In this document: piece by piece, positions 47,548-58,431 of the stretch
How the letters are laid out: every line of letters starts with the position of its first letter
Numbering within the stretch: the first letter of the stretch is position 1
Program-made: the position numbers and the translations under genes
DNA from: Clostridiaceae bacterium
Lineage (GTDB): Bacteria > Bacillota > Clostridia > Saccharofermentanales > DTU023
DNA: 64,000 bases
Assembly: GCA_012519085.1 (NCBI GenBank)
Contig: JAAYQX010000005.1
Coordinates: 596 to 64,595 of the forward strand
Direction: 5' to 3'
The notes under the pieces: generated by a model
What the model was told of the DNA's origin: nothing
Seen by the model: only the letters and a program-made list of their open reading frames with translations
Databases searched by the model: none

Positions 47548-48531
47548 TTACTGCTCAATAAAGGCTCTGATCGCCTCGATATTCTTAACCCAATTAATCT
47601 TATAAACCTCATGGCCACTCTTGGTCTTGGTTCTGGCTTTATGCTGTTCGATCGGTACAAACATCTGATCTATCTCATATTTGCGGTATTTCAGGACATT
47701 GAAAATATAGCTCTGTAGCTGTCCGGGAGTAAGATTGGTCTCCAGATTTCTCATAATATCCTCCAGTACCCTGGGCAAAGAGAGCGGGCTCATGGACCGC
47801 ATTTTCTTGATTAGAGCTTCAATAACTGTCCGTTGGCGGCCCATCCGTTTCCAGTCGCTATCAATTCTGCGGATACGGGAATAAGCCAAACACGCATCAC
47901 CTTTCAGCAACTGTTTCCCGGCTGTCACCTGATGGCCTTGCCCCCTTAGATGAGAAGCCTCAGCCTCTGTCAGCTCAATCTCTACACCGCCAACCCGATC
48001 AATTACTTTGACGAAATTTTTAAAATCGACTTTGACATAATGTTGCACATCAAGTCGGAAATTCCTTTGTATCGTCTTCAGCAACAATCTCGGCCCGCCC
48101 CAGGTATGTGCCGCATTAAGTGCATTGTTCGGCGACCAGTATCTCTGATAGCGCGGATCCGTATCCTTGGGAATGCTGACCCAGATTGTGCGCTGAAAGG
48201 ATGTCAAATGAAATTTATCCGTCTTCTCGTTGATAGAAAGCAGAATCATACTGTCTGAACGCCCATAGGATTTGTCATCGCGACGGTCCGAACCAATCAG
48301 CAGGATATTGTGAATCTGAGGATTGTTATAGACCGGAATCTTCATCCCCTCTTTCATCTCAGGCTCCACATCAGGGAGTTGCTCCAGATTAGTTTCAATA
48401 GGAATCGTACCCTCGGTATCATAAGTCGGCAAACTCAGAAGATACCTGGTATAACCGAAAAGGAAGGCAAACGCTGATAGCACTATGCCCACAACTAAAC
48501 CCAGAGTTATAGCGATCTTACTTTTTCTCAT
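47548..48531 (-). CDS. LytR-CpsA-Psr (LCP) family cell-envelope phosphotransferase
   Basis: 327 aa with an N-terminal TM helix and the LCP core NILLIGSDRRDD...GRSDSMILLSIN...SIPRD-like motif. Confidence 0.88.
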   Translation of the reverse strand: MRKSKIAITLGLVVGIVLSAFAFLFGYTRYLLSLPTYDTEGTIPIETNLEQLPDVEPEMKEGMKIPVYNNPQIHNILLIGSDRRDDKSYGRSDSMILLSINEKTDKFHLTSFQRTIWVSIPKDTDPRYQRYWSPNNALNAAHTWGGPRLLLKTIQRNFRLDVQHYVKVDFKNFVKVIDRVGGVEIELTEAEASHLRGQGHQVTAGKQLLKGDACLAYSRIRRIDSDWKRMGRQRTVIEALIKKMRSMSPLSLPRVLEDIMRNLETNLTPGQLQSYIFNVLKYRKYEIDQMFVPIEQHKARTKTKSGHEVYKINWVKNIEAIRAFIEQ

Positions 48532-48574
48532 AATTCCTCCGCGCCTTCATACGCTACAATATTGCATTCTATCA

Positions 48575-48603
48575 CAAAAAAGCCGCTTCTTTGTGAAGCG
48601 GCT
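48575..48603 (-). terminator. Rho-independent terminator after rpsT
   Basis: The minus strand reads AGCCGCTTC-acaaa-GAAGCGGCT-TTTTTT. Confidence 0.85.
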
Positions 48604-48664
48604 ATTATTAATAATCAGATCCCGGGCCGGATTGAGCTCTCGCGGTCTCTTACCGGTCAAAGCA

Positions 48665-48931
48665 TTAAGCTTCACGGGAAACGTTAGCCAGCCTGGCCAG
48701 TCTGGACTTTCTCCTGGCAGCCGTATTCTTGGAGATCAGACCGTTAGTGGCAGCCCGGTCGAGATCAGCCTGGGTCTTCCTCAGCATTTCGCCAGCATTA
48801 TCTGCAGCAGACTCGATCGCTAGAACTGTCTTCTTGATCTGGGTTCTCAGCGCACTTTTCTTGCGTTTATTGACCATAGCCCTAGCCTGGTTGCTTTTAG
48901 CGCGCTTGATCGACGACTTAATATTTGCCAT
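48665..48931 (-). CDS. rpsT: 30S ribosomal protein S20
   Basis: 88 aa starting MANIKSSIKRAKSNQARAMVNKRKKSALRT... Confidence 0.96.
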   Translation of the reverse strand: MANIKSSIKRAKSNQARAMVNKRKKSALRTQIKKTVLAIESAADNAGEMLRKTQADLDRAATNGLISKNTAARRKSRLARLANVSREA

Positions 48932-49023
48932 TCCTTCACCTCCTGCAGTATTTTAAACGAACTGCATTTTACCATGTTGCTCAAGCCCATGCAAGTCAAA
49001 ACAATTTTAGATGCCCAGCAGCC

Positions 49024-50766
49024 TCAGCTGATCCTCTCCAGATAATACTTTTTGCCCACTGTAGCCAGCAGCAATATGCTAATCACAAACAGTAAAATGC
49101 TGCCACCGTTGATAACCGCCAGAATCGCAATCAGATTGCCACCCAGTTTTTGCATCAGCAGAACAGCACCAATCAAAAGGCCACCGACCACAAGCGACAT
49201 CAACATGGTCTTAAATATATTCATATTTTGCTTAGCAACCTGCTGCTCCGAATTCCATTCCAGATACGGCTTATTCAAATCAATGATTAAAGCCAAATTA
49301 TTGACGGTCAGGGGCAAGAATATAAACAAAACAAGCAACGTCGGTTGAAAGTAAACACTAAAAGGCAAAATAACAAATGTTAGGATGGCGATCGGCAACC
49401 AGGCCAGCAAAGAAACAATCCCGCCAACTATCAGCTTGGCCAAAAAGACAGTGCTGATTTTGAGCGGCCAAGATTTGAGCATACCTGCTCCTCTGCCTTC
49501 ACGGGATATGGCTGTAGGCATACAGGTATTTGTACTTGACAAAAAGGCCGCAACCCCCACCACAACTATCATGATTATCGGAATAACGTTCTCCCTGGAT
49601 TCCGATGCAAAGGTAGCCGCCATAAGCTTTTGCAAAGTTGCAAGACCCTTACCTTCCCGAGAAAATGAAAAGGCCATGGTACCAAACATGGAAACAAGCA
49701 TGATGATAGGAAAGGCCAGAATATTCATCAAAAAAGTGGGCGAACGGTAGAGAATTTTAAATTCCCTGCTGACCATATTGGGCAGGTCTTTTCTAGTTTG
49801 ACGCAGGCTCTGCCAGGCTTTGTCTGTCATCGGCTTATGCGCTTGACTGCTTGCTCTACTCTCCCTGGCCGCCCTCAAATAGAGCCGCGAGGACAAAAGT
49901 ACCAGCAAAATTACTAATCCCAGGGCAACGGCAATCAAACTCATAATCTTCAGAATTGAACCCGGATCTTGAGGTAAAGAAATAGCTTCAATAGCACGGT
50001 TCGACATCGGCACAATATATTGCAAAGCAACCGGCCCTGTTGTCGGCAATTCCGAATCTAAATCAATAGATCCCATATTGGAGAAGACGAAGGCAAAAAT
50101 TCCGACAAACATCAGGACTTGAGTCACAATCATGAAACGATCCTTACTTTTGGCAAAAATGGCCATCCGCATCATTAATAAAATCAGGATGGCATCAATG
50201 CACATCGGAATCATGGCGCCGAAAATCAGAGTTAAAAAGGCATAGATATAGTAGAGGAGCGGCATCCCCAGCATATAGCCCAAAACTACTGCGGCAGGCA
50301 AAGTTAAAGCTAACGGAATTACCAGAGAGAAAATATAGAGATTAGCCAGTTTGGCAGCTACTATCGTGCTCGGCTTTAACGGCAAAGCCAGAAGAGTGTC
50401 TAGGTCTTCAGCAAAGAAAAAGATGCCGGCGGCATAAAAAAAGGCCATGCCCAAAAGCATAAAGAAACCGGGCAAATATAGTTGAGCCAGACTGGCCTGA
50501 AATGAAGCCAATACGATCGGGTCGGCCGTTGGATTGCCAGCGTCAAAACCCATAGCCAGTAATTGTTTGGCAATATTGTAGCCGTTAATACCAAAGACAA
50601 AGGCGATATAAGCAAAGATAACCACCCCTAGCAATATCTTTTTTGTCCGGTCGAGACCGCGGGAGAACAAAGTCAATTTCTTGCGTTTCTTTGTCTCCTT
50701 CATTTCCAAGCCAAAGACATCCGAGCCTTTTACCAACGCTTTAGTTAAGATCCACCATTTTTTCAT
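49024..50766 (-). CDS. Polytopic ABC exporter permease-like membrane protein
   Basis: 580 aa with at least 10 hydrophobic helices. It lies immediately downstream of an ABC ATPase gene. No finer family assignment is possible by eye. Confidence 0.6.
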   Translation of the reverse strand: MKKWWILTKALVKGSDVFGLEMKETKKRKKLTLFSRGLDRTKKILLGVVIFAYIAFVFGINGYNIAKQLLAMGFDAGNPTADPIVLASFQASLAQLYLPGFFMLLGMAFFYAAGIFFFAEDLDTLLALPLKPSTIVAAKLANLYIFSLVIPLALTLPAAVVLGYMLGMPLLYYIYAFLTLIFGAMIPMCIDAILILLMMRMAIFAKSKDRFMIVTQVLMFVGIFAFVFSNMGSIDLDSELPTTGPVALQYIVPMSNRAIEAISLPQDPGSILKIMSLIAVALGLVILLVLLSSRLYLRAARESRASSQAHKPMTDKAWQSLRQTRKDLPNMVSREFKILYRSPTFLMNILAFPIIMLVSMFGTMAFSFSREGKGLATLQKLMAATFASESRENVIPIIMIVVVGVAAFLSSTNTCMPTAISREGRGAGMLKSWPLKISTVFLAKLIVGGIVSLLAWLPIAILTFVILPFSVYFQPTLLVLFIFLPLTVNNLALIIDLNKPYLEWNSEQQVAKQNMNIFKTMLMSLVVGGLLIGAVLLMQKLGGNLIAILAVINGGSILLFVISILLLATVGKKYYLERIS

Positions 50767-50792
50767 TCCGGATTCCCCTTTGATCCCACGCT

Positions 50793-51557
50793 TTAATGAT
50801 CAGTAAGAAAGCTGTTGTCTTCGGGCAAATGGAAGCTCTCATCCGTAAGTTCAAGGAACATTTCTTCTAAACTGGCATTTTCTTTGAAATGGTCTCTCAT
50901 TTCTTTAATCGTACCGCAGAAGATTAGTTTGCCTTTATCTATTATTCCCACCCGGTCACAGATCTTCTCTGCAACTTCCAGCACATGGGTCGAAAACAAA
51001 ACCGTCAGATTGGCATCAGCATGTTGTCGCATCCGATTCTTGAGATTAAAGCTGGACCGCGGATCTAGACCGGTCATTGGCTCGTCCAGAATCCACACCG
51101 GCGGAGCACTGATCAGTGCTCCTATCACTACAATCTTCTGGCGCATACCGTGAGAATAGCTGCTGATCTGATCATTGAGCACATCCGATAAAGAAAATTC
51201 TTCGGCCAATTCCTTGATTCTGCTTTCACGAACAGACGGATCTATTTCGTAGATATCGGCAATAAATTTTAAATACTCGATGCCCTTGAATCTCAGAAAA
51301 ACATTGGGATCATCTGAGACAAAGGAAAATTGCTTTTTGGCTTCCAGGGGCTGGTTCAAGATTGAATAACCGTTGATTAAAATATCACCTGCTGTCGGTT
51401 GCAAAACACCGGTGATCATTTTCAGGCAGGTTGTTTTACCTGCACCGTTAGGCCCCAATAATCCGAATATTTCTCCCGGATAAATCTCCAGACTGAGATT
51501 ATCTACCGCCTTTTTCTTACCGTCATAAGACTTAGTAATTTTATCGAGTGTAATCAT
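50793..51557 (-). CDS. ABC transporter ATP-binding protein (ABC-2/drug-exporter type)
   Basis: 254 aa with Walker A GPNGAGKTT, signature YSHGMRQK and Walker B VWILDEPMTGLD. Confidence 0.93.
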   Translation of the reverse strand: MITLDKITKSYDGKKKAVDNLSLEIYPGEIFGLLGPNGAGKTTCLKMITGVLQPTAGDILINGYSILNQPLEAKKQFSFVSDDPNVFLRFKGIEYLKFIADIYEIDPSVRESRIKELAEEFSLSDVLNDQISSYSHGMRQKIVVIGALISAPPVWILDEPMTGLDPRSSFNLKNRMRQHADANLTVLFSTHVLEVAEKICDRVGIIDKGKLIFCGTIKEMRDHFKENASLEEMFLELTDESFHLPEDNSFLTDH

Positions 51558-51740
51558 TTCTACCCCCTTGTCTCGTACTTGATGATGATAATGCCTCAGC
51601 TAAGGGCGGTTCTACCATACAGTACAATTAAATTATTCTAAGTCATCAGACTGAATATACACAAGGAAACGCCGCCTATTTTACTAGAATTTAACAAGTC
51701 AATGTAACAGATTTTTATGCCTGATATCTAATAATCTGTT

Positions 51741-53504
51741 ATGATTGAGATCCAGATGAGTAGCAATAATCCAATACAGTCAAGATCATCTTCTGCCAGA
51801 TCGCGGAAGCAGAAAGCCCAAAGGATCAAAGACAGTAAAAGTCCGGGGCTGCGAATTATCCCTCTAGGCGGCTTAAGAGAAGTCGGCAAAAATATGACCT
51901 GCTTCCAATTCATGGACGACCTGATCATCGTCGATTGTGGCTTGGCTTTCCCTGATGAGGATATGCCGGGTGTTGACATTATCATCCCGGATTTCAGTTA
52001 TGTACGTGAGAATAAGGACAAGTTGAAGGCTGTCTTCATTACACACGGCCATGAAGACCATATTGGAGCCTTGCCCTGGTTCTTGAAAGAGTTCAATGTC
52101 CCAGTTTACGGCAATACCATGACTATTAAACTGATCGAACGCAAACTAAAGGATCGCGGTTCACAGGTTAAAAACCCTGATCTTCGTTTATTGCGTCCCG
52201 GTCAGCGAGTAGGAGCCGGACATTTTCAAGTCGAATCAATTCATGTCAATCACTCGATTGCTGATTCCAATGCCTTTGCCATCACTACACCGTTGGGCGT
52301 TGTTTTGCACACCGGTGACTTTAAAATCGATTACACCCCCCCTACCGGCGCACCAATCAATTTAAGCCGCATCGCGGAACTTGGGCGCAAAGGCATCTTA
52401 GCTTTAATTTCAGATAGCACTAATATCGAGGTGCCGGGCTCAACCATGTCCGAACTGGCTATAGGCGAAAAATTCAAGGAGCTTTTCGCCAAGGCATCCG
52501 GCAGGGTCTTTGTAGCCACTTTCTCATCCAATGTCTACCGCTTGCAACAGGTCATAGATGCTGCCGAGGCGGAGGACCGCAAGGTCTGCTTGATCGGCCG
52601 CAGTATGCTGAATATCTTCGAAGTGGCAAATAGCATCGGCTATCTCAGACATAAGGCGGATACCATTATTGACATCAATGCGCTGGATAATCATAAGCCG
52701 GAGGAGCTGGTCTTAGTCACCACAGGCAGCCAGGGTGAATCCACGGCTGCTCTGAGTAAAATTGCCTTTGCCGAACATAAGAATGTAGAGATAGTTGAGG
52801 GTGACACAATTATTCTGTCTTCCTCTATTATCCCCGGTAATGAAAAACCCATCTACCGAATGATTGATGAACTGTATCGCCGAGGGGCAGATGTCATTTA
52901 TGCCTCCCTGGCGGATGTACATGTATCAGGTCATGCCTATCAGGAAGAATTGAAACTGATCTATCATCTGGCTCAACCTAAATTTTTCATCCCTGCTCAT
53001 GGAGAATACCGCCATTTACATCTTCATGCCCAAATGGTTCAGCAGATGGGACACCCGAAAGACAAGATTCTACTCCTATCCAACGGTGATATCCTCGAGT
53101 TAAATCATAATGAATCTCGTTTTATCGGTTTTACTGAAGGTGCAGGTGTGCTGATTGACGGTTCAGGCATGGGCGATGTCGATAAATGGGTATTAAGGGA
53201 TCGTTTACGTTTGGCTGAGGACGGAGTTGTATCCGCCTTCATAGCGATTGACCCCGACCGAAATATATTACTCGGTCAACCGGACATCATTGCTCGCGGT
53301 TTTATTTATGATAGTGAAATTGGAAGTACAACCATTAGCTGTCGCAATCTGATTGAAAAATTAGTCACTGAAGCCCAAGCCGAAAACAAACCTTTATCTC
53401 AGGCATTAAAATCGGGACGACTGGAACATGAACTACGCCGTCTTTTATTTGAAAAGACGAGAAGGCGTCCTGTCATCCTTATATCGGTAATTGAAATTAA
53501 TTGA
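51741..53504 (+). CDS. rnj: Ribonuclease J
   Basis: 587 aa with a beta-lactamase/beta-CASP architecture (IIPLGGLREVGKNMT, THGHEDHIGALPW, ...HVSGHAYQEEL...). The start is uncertain (51741 or 51756, neither with a good SD). A basic ~35-aa N-terminal extension precedes the conserved core. Confidence 0.9.
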   Translation: MIEIQMSSNNPIQSRSSSARSRKQKAQRIKDSKSPGLRIIPLGGLREVGKNMTCFQFMDDLIIVDCGLAFPDEDMPGVDIIIPDFSYVRENKDKLKAVFITHGHEDHIGALPWFLKEFNVPVYGNTMTIKLIERKLKDRGSQVKNPDLRLLRPGQRVGAGHFQVESIHVNHSIADSNAFAITTPLGVVLHTGDFKIDYTPPTGAPINLSRIAELGRKGILALISDSTNIEVPGSTMSELAIGEKFKELFAKASGRVFVATFSSNVYRLQQVIDAAEAEDRKVCLIGRSMLNIFEVANSIGYLRHKADTIIDINALDNHKPEELVLVTTGSQGESTAALSKIAFAEHKNVEIVEGDTIILSSSIIPGNEKPIYRMIDELYRRGADVIYASLADVHVSGHAYQEELKLIYHLAQPKFFIPAHGEYRHLHLHAQMVQQMGHPKDKILLLSNGDILELNHNESRFIGFTEGAGVLIDGSGMGDVDKWVLRDRLRLAEDGVVSAFIAIDPDRNILLGQPDIIARGFIYDSEIGSTTISCRNLIEKLVTEAQAENKPLSQALKSGRLEHELRRLLFEKTRRRPVILISVIEIN

Positions 53505-53510
53505 AATAAT

Positions 53511-55844
53511 TTATGCCCCGGTGCGACTGACATCCACCACGCTGGGAATAGCCTTCAAGCGCTTAATTAATCGGTCCACCTGTGCCTGATCTTTGGTTTC
53601 AATAGTAATTCTGATGCTGGCACTGATATCTTTGGCAGACTGCACCTTGAACTCCAAGATCGGTATTGTCTCGATAGCTACGGCACTGGAAATTTCCGCT
53701 AATAGATTTCGCCTGTCGCGAGCAATCACTCTAAGAATCGTCTGATACTTCAGCTCTTCAGGCAAATCTTCAACCCAGAACACATCTATCAGCCTTGACG
53801 CACGCTCCGCAGCTTCAGGAGACTCATCGAACGATTCCACCAGGTGTTTGATATTGTGGCAATCCATACGATGCACAGCAACGCCTTCACCTCTGGTTAC
53901 GTATCCGATGATCTTATCTCCCGGAACGGGATTGCAACATCGTGACAGTCGAATTAAGCAATTATCGATACCACGAACCTGCACTCCCCTGGACTGGCTG
54001 GCAATCCTCTTGCGTTTTTTCTGTTTACTTTCCTTTTCACGTTTGGTCCAGGTCTTTTCATCAGAAGAAATAATTGATTGCGGTGCATATTGTACATGAC
54101 CCGTTTTTGTCACACGATAACCCAAGGTCGCCCGTTCATCTTCAGATAATGACAAAATATAATCGTCGCGCAGGCGCGGTACAATCCGGGCAGCGGACAG
54201 ACCTCCATAGCCCACAATCGCATAGAGGTCATCCAGTGTGTTCAGTGAATAACGCTTGAGTAATTTATCATAAAATTCTTTTTTTACCAGTTGTGACGGT
54301 GTAAAGCCGGACTTTTTGATTTCCCGGTCAATGGTCTCCCGTCCTCGAACGATATTTTCATCACGCATTTCACGTTTGAACCAGGTCGAGATCTTGCTGC
54401 GGGCAGTATTGCTCTTGACAATATTCAGCCAATCCAAACTGGGGCCTTTGACTTTATCCGAGGTCAGAATTTCTACTATATCACCGTTTTCCAACTTGGA
54501 AGTAAGCGGCACCATGCGTCCATTTACTTTTGCGCCATACATTGAATTGCCGACACCGCTGTGAATATGATAGGCGAAATCAATCGGTATCGCTCCCATC
54601 GGCAATGAGATAACTTCACCTTTAGGTGTGAAGACAAATACTTCATCCGTTATTAGCTCCTCTTTCAATGTGGTCATGAATTCAGAGGAATCGCGCATAT
54701 CACTTTGCCACTCCAGAAGCTGTCTTAGCCAGGTAAGTTTGACATCAAGAGGATCTGCCTTGGAGGAAGCTTTGCGGTCCTCTTTATAACGCCAATGTGC
54801 GGCAATACCATATTCTGCAGTCTTATGCATATCCAGAGTTCGGATCTGAACTTCAAAAGGTATGCCTGCCGGACTGATCACGGTTGTATGTAATGACTGG
54901 TACATATTAGGCTTGGGCATAGCAATATAGTCTTTGAAACGGCCAGGCATAGGCTTGTGCAGTTGATGTACGAGCCCGAGAACAGCATAGCACTCACCGA
55001 CAGTATCAACTATGATCCGCATGGCAAAAAGATCATAGATCTCATCAAGAGACTTATTCTGTTTTTTCATTTTGCGATAGATGCTGTAGAAATGCTTAGG
55101 TCTGCCTTCAATATCGGCTTTGATGCCCATGTGGGAGATGCGTTCTTCCAGATCACGAGTAGTTTCGAGCAGGAAATTCTCACGATCGGATCGTTTAACC
55201 GAAATCTGCTCAACCAATTCATAATAGGCATCAGGATCCAGATAGCGTAAACTCAGATCCTCCAGTTCCCATTTAATCTTGTGTATTCCCAGTCGATGAG
55301 CCAACGGAGCATAGATATCGAGTGACTCGCGTGATTTATCGATCTGCTTAGCATTGTCCTGGTAATCCATCGTGCGCATATTATGCAGACGGTCGGCCAA
55401 TTTGATCAGCACCACCCTAATATCTCTGGCCATAGCAAGGAACATCTTGCGGTAACTTTCGGCTTGTATTTCTTCTTGAGTCGAATAGGAAAACTTAGAT
55501 AATTTGGTAACACCATCAACCAGGTTTTTTATATCATTGCCGAAAACATCAGCAATATCTGACAAAGAAACTGATGTATCTTCAACTGTGTCGTGTAGAA
55601 GAGCCGCAATTAGAGTATCTTTATCAACTTCCAGATCAAGCAGAATTTCAGCGGCAGCAACAGGGTGTATAATATACGGCTCTCCTGTCGCACGCTTTTG
55701 TCCTTGATGCGCTTCTTTGGCAAATTCATATGCCTTTTGCAACAGGCTCGTATCGGTCTGACCGGAATAGTCAGACCATTTTTGGCAGATCATAGCCATC
55801 TTGGCATCTGCGTCCTGTAGATTTTGCCTATTCTCGTGGTGCAT
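53511..55844 (-). CDS. relA: Bifunctional (p)ppGpp synthetase/hydrolase RelA/SpoT homologue
   Basis: The track ORF begins at a TTG (55868). I prefer the ATG at 55844 (AGGGAAG, 8 nt, ATG). It has an HD domain (HPVAAAEILLDL...LHDTVEDT), a synthetase domain (YQSLHTTV), and TGS and ACT domains. Confidence 0.94.
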   Translation of the reverse strand: MHHENRQNLQDADAKMAMICQKWSDYSGQTDTSLLQKAYEFAKEAHQGQKRATGEPYIIHPVAAAEILLDLEVDKDTLIAALLHDTVEDTSVSLSDIADVFGNDIKNLVDGVTKLSKFSYSTQEEIQAESYRKMFLAMARDIRVVLIKLADRLHNMRTMDYQDNAKQIDKSRESLDIYAPLAHRLGIHKIKWELEDLSLRYLDPDAYYELVEQISVKRSDRENFLLETTRDLEERISHMGIKADIEGRPKHFYSIYRKMKKQNKSLDEIYDLFAMRIIVDTVGECYAVLGLVHQLHKPMPGRFKDYIAMPKPNMYQSLHTTVISPAGIPFEVQIRTLDMHKTAEYGIAAHWRYKEDRKASSKADPLDVKLTWLRQLLEWQSDMRDSSEFMTTLKEELITDEVFVFTPKGEVISLPMGAIPIDFAYHIHSGVGNSMYGAKVNGRMVPLTSKLENGDIVEILTSDKVKGPSLDWLNIVKSNTARSKISTWFKREMRDENIVRGRETIDREIKKSGFTPSQLVKKEFYDKLLKRYSLNTLDDLYAIVGYGGLSAARIVPRLRDDYILSLSEDERATLGYRVTKTGHVQYAPQSIISSDEKTWTKREKESKQKKRKRIASQSRGVQVRGIDNCLIRLSRCCNPVPGDKIIGYVTRGEGVAVHRMDCHNIKHLVESFDESPEAAERASRLIDVFWVEDLPEELKYQTILRVIARDRRNLLAEISSAVAIETIPILEFKVQSAKDISASIRITIETKDQAQVDRLIKRLKAIPSVVDVSRTGA

Positions 55845-57954
55845 CAGCAATACTTCCCTGTCGTTCAAGCTGTTGCCATAATTCTGTAGTCTTCAGATCT
55901 ACTCTTTCTGTCGTAGCTCTGAAGTAAAATACCCAATTATCATGATCCGCTTGTCTCATTGAGCCCAGGCCGGATTGGGCAAACAGTTGAAGAATAATAA
56001 TCAATTCCTGCTCCGATATGGAACCATTATAATTGCTGGACAGCCAATGTGCCAGGTGTAGAGAATCAAACAGCAGTTCCTGTTCCGGCTCAATCAGTTT
56101 TGACAAGCCGTGATAAACCGCTGCTATCTGCGAGCGTTTTATCCTGATCGGCTGAGCAGCTTTTATCTCCTGTCGAGCAAGCCTCAACTCCTCAATTTGC
56201 AAATTAATTTTTTCAACACCCTGCCAGACATTATTAGTCAGATAACAAACAATATCAATCTGATCGCCCGGGCTATAGAGTAAGTCGGCTATTCCCTTCC
56301 TGAACGCAACGCCGGATATCTGTCCTGCACCATTAATTTCCAGTATAATACGCAAATGGCTGCCATCGCCAACCCGGTAGATATCCATAATGCGTACATT
56401 GCTGAGCAGAAAGAGTGGTTTGGGATTTTGTTCTCCGGTCGGCTCTAATAGCTCTAAAGAGCGTACAGCCTCAGTCGTCAGATCTTGAGGTGTCAGTTCC
56501 AAATCAACTATCAACTCTGCCGGCATAAAATCGCCTGCCTGAGCAATATACGCCTTAATCCTAGTCGTGAACTCCTCCAGTTTATCTGCAGCCAATGACA
56601 AGCCGGCAGCACCGGTATGTCCGCCAAAGCTCAATAGCAAATCCTGACAGCTTTCAATAGCGGCATAGAGATCAAAATTACCATAAGAGCGGCCTGAACC
56701 GCGAAAAACTCCTTCTTCCAATGTCAAACAGATCGCAGGCAGTTGAAAATGATCCGCAAGGCGGGCACTGAGAATTCCCAGAATGCCGGGATGGAGTCCA
56801 TCATAAGCTGCAATAATGATCCGATCATGACCGGGTACAAGTTCAGATTCCACTTGAGCTCTTATTTGCTCTATCTGTTCTTTCTCTAACTCCCGACGTT
56901 CATTATTCAATTCATTCAGTCTGGCGGCAAGCAATTCTGCTTCCGTTGCCAAATCAGTCAATAGCAGCTCCAGGGCAACTTCTGCTTGACCCAGTCTACC
57001 TGCTGCATTAAGCCGGGGAGCGAGGTTAAACTGAATTAGCTCCACAGACAGATCCGCCTCAGCTTTGCGACAGCACTCAGCTAATTTTTTGATTCCGACC
57101 GGAGCATATTCCGGATAGACTGCGATAGCATCAACGATCAGACGCCTATTGACACCTCTCAAGGGCATCACATCAGCTACAGTTCCAATCGCAGCCAGTA
57201 CTGTCAGCAGCGGTTCCGGTTCTTCCGGGTAGATCAATCCGAGCACCAGATAATAGGCAACTCCCACACCCGCCAAACCGCTCAGAGGAAAGCCTTCCCT
57301 TTCGCGCTGTGGGTTTATAAAAGCAGAGGCCGGATGCAGCTCATCAGTACAAGCATGATGGTCGGTTACAATCACTCTAATACCATTCGCCTCCAGCAGG
57401 CGGACTTCTTCCAGACTGGAACTGCCACAATCTACAGTTATCACCAGATCGAGATTTTGGGCAATGATCTGGGAAACCTGATCATGGGTAAGTCCGTATC
57501 CGTCGCGAAGTCGGTCTGGAATCATACTGATGACATCTGCCCCCTGCTGCCTGAACCAGCGTAGCAATAAAGCTGTAGCAGTTAAACCGTCCGCATCATA
57601 GTCACCAAAGATCAGGATCTTACCCTTTTTATCCAAAATCAAGCGGATTATTTCAACAGCAATCTGAAGATCAGTAAACAGAAAGGGATCCGGATAGCAG
57701 ATCTCCTCCGGGAAAAGTAATTCCAGAGTATCTGAGTCACAATAATTACGAGCCTGCCATAAACGGTGCATTAAAGGGTGTAAAACAGGTCCCCCGCAAA
57801 TATCAGTTACGGCAGATAGGGCGGAGCTACCATGCTCTTTTTGTCCGTCATCGCCCGGAGCATCTTCTCCTTCGCTAGTGGGAGCTTGTACTCTAAGTGT
57901 CCATTTACGAGACAGCAGTATTTGCTTCAACTGTGTTCTTGTTTCCTGATCCAT
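55828..57954 (-). CDS. recJ: Single-stranded-DNA-specific exonuclease RecJ
   Basis: 708 aa with DHH motifs (IFGDYDADGLTAT, ITVDCGSS, VIVTDHH) and a DHHA1 region (GGHTGAAG). Confidence 0.93.
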   Translation of the reverse strand: MDQETRTQLKQILLSRKWTLRVQAPTSEGEDAPGDDGQKEHGSSALSAVTDICGGPVLHPLMHRLWQARNYCDSDTLELLFPEEICYPDPFLFTDLQIAVEIIRLILDKKGKILIFGDYDADGLTATALLLRWFRQQGADVISMIPDRLRDGYGLTHDQVSQIIAQNLDLVITVDCGSSSLEEVRLLEANGIRVIVTDHHACTDELHPASAFINPQREREGFPLSGLAGVGVAYYLVLGLIYPEEPEPLLTVLAAIGTVADVMPLRGVNRRLIVDAIAVYPEYAPVGIKKLAECCRKAEADLSVELIQFNLAPRLNAAGRLGQAEVALELLLTDLATEAELLAARLNELNNERRELEKEQIEQIRAQVESELVPGHDRIIIAAYDGLHPGILGILSARLADHFQLPAICLTLEEGVFRGSGRSYGNFDLYAAIESCQDLLLSFGGHTGAAGLSLAADKLEEFTTRIKAYIAQAGDFMPAELIVDLELTPQDLTTEAVRSLELLEPTGEQNPKPLFLLSNVRIMDIYRVGDGSHLRIILEINGAGQISGVAFRKGIADLLYSPGDQIDIVCYLTNNVWQGVEKINLQIEELRLARQEIKAAQPIRIKRSQIAAVYHGLSKLIEPEQELLFDSLHLAHWLSSNYNGSISEQELIIILQLFAQSGLGSMRQADHDNWVFYFRATTERVDLKTTELWQQLERQGSIADAPRE

Positions 57955-58012
57955 CCATTCTACTCACTTATTCAGCCTATTATAGCATCAGACAAAGCTG
58001 AAAATCGGTATA

Positions 58013-58042
58013 TAAAAATCCGCCCGGTTTGTACCGGGCGGA
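58013..58042 (-). terminator. Rho-independent terminator after rpsU
   Basis: The minus strand reads TCCGCCCGG-tacaaa-CCGGGCGGA-TTTTT. Confidence 0.85.
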
Positions 58043-58064
58043 CTTAGGTATCATTCTTGCAATA

Positions 58065-58238
58065 TTAACGTTTTCTCTTGCGCGCTGCTTCCGATTTCTT
58101 CTTTCTTCTCACACTCGGTTTTTCGTAATGCTCGCGTTTTCTAACTTCCGCCAGGACTCCCGAGCGTGCACATTGACGTTTAAAGCGCTTCAAGGCACTG
58201 TCAAGGGATTCATTCTCTTTGACACGAATTTCTGACAA
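58065..58238 (-). CDS. rpsU: 30S ribosomal protein S21
   Basis: The start is moved to the TTG at 58238 (GAGGGGAGGGAGAAAA-TTG), giving (M)[28 protein letters not shown]..., 57 aa. This is the canonical S21 N-terminus. Confidence 0.93.
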   Translation of the reverse strand: MSEIRVKENESLDSALKRFKRQCARSGVLAEVRKREHYEKPSVRRKKKSEAARKRKR

Positions 58239-58289
58239 TTTTCTCCCTCCCCTCACAGTGGACTATAGCCGCTTGGCGGCGACAACGGC

Positions 58290-58319
58290 ATTATACCTCA
58301 CCCGCACCTTTGTGGTCAA
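58290..58319 (-). promoter_or_regulatory. Candidate promoter of rpsU
   Basis: The minus strand reads TTGACC-18 nt-TATAAT, about 50 nt upstream of the start codon. Confidence 0.5.
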
Positions 58320-58431
58320 ATATCCACTAACATCAATTTTCTGCTACTCATACATCTAATACAGCATTAATAGCAAGATATATTTAGATCATGCAGACGC
58401 ATTTTGCTCTCTGGTTTTGGCAGTGTCTATA

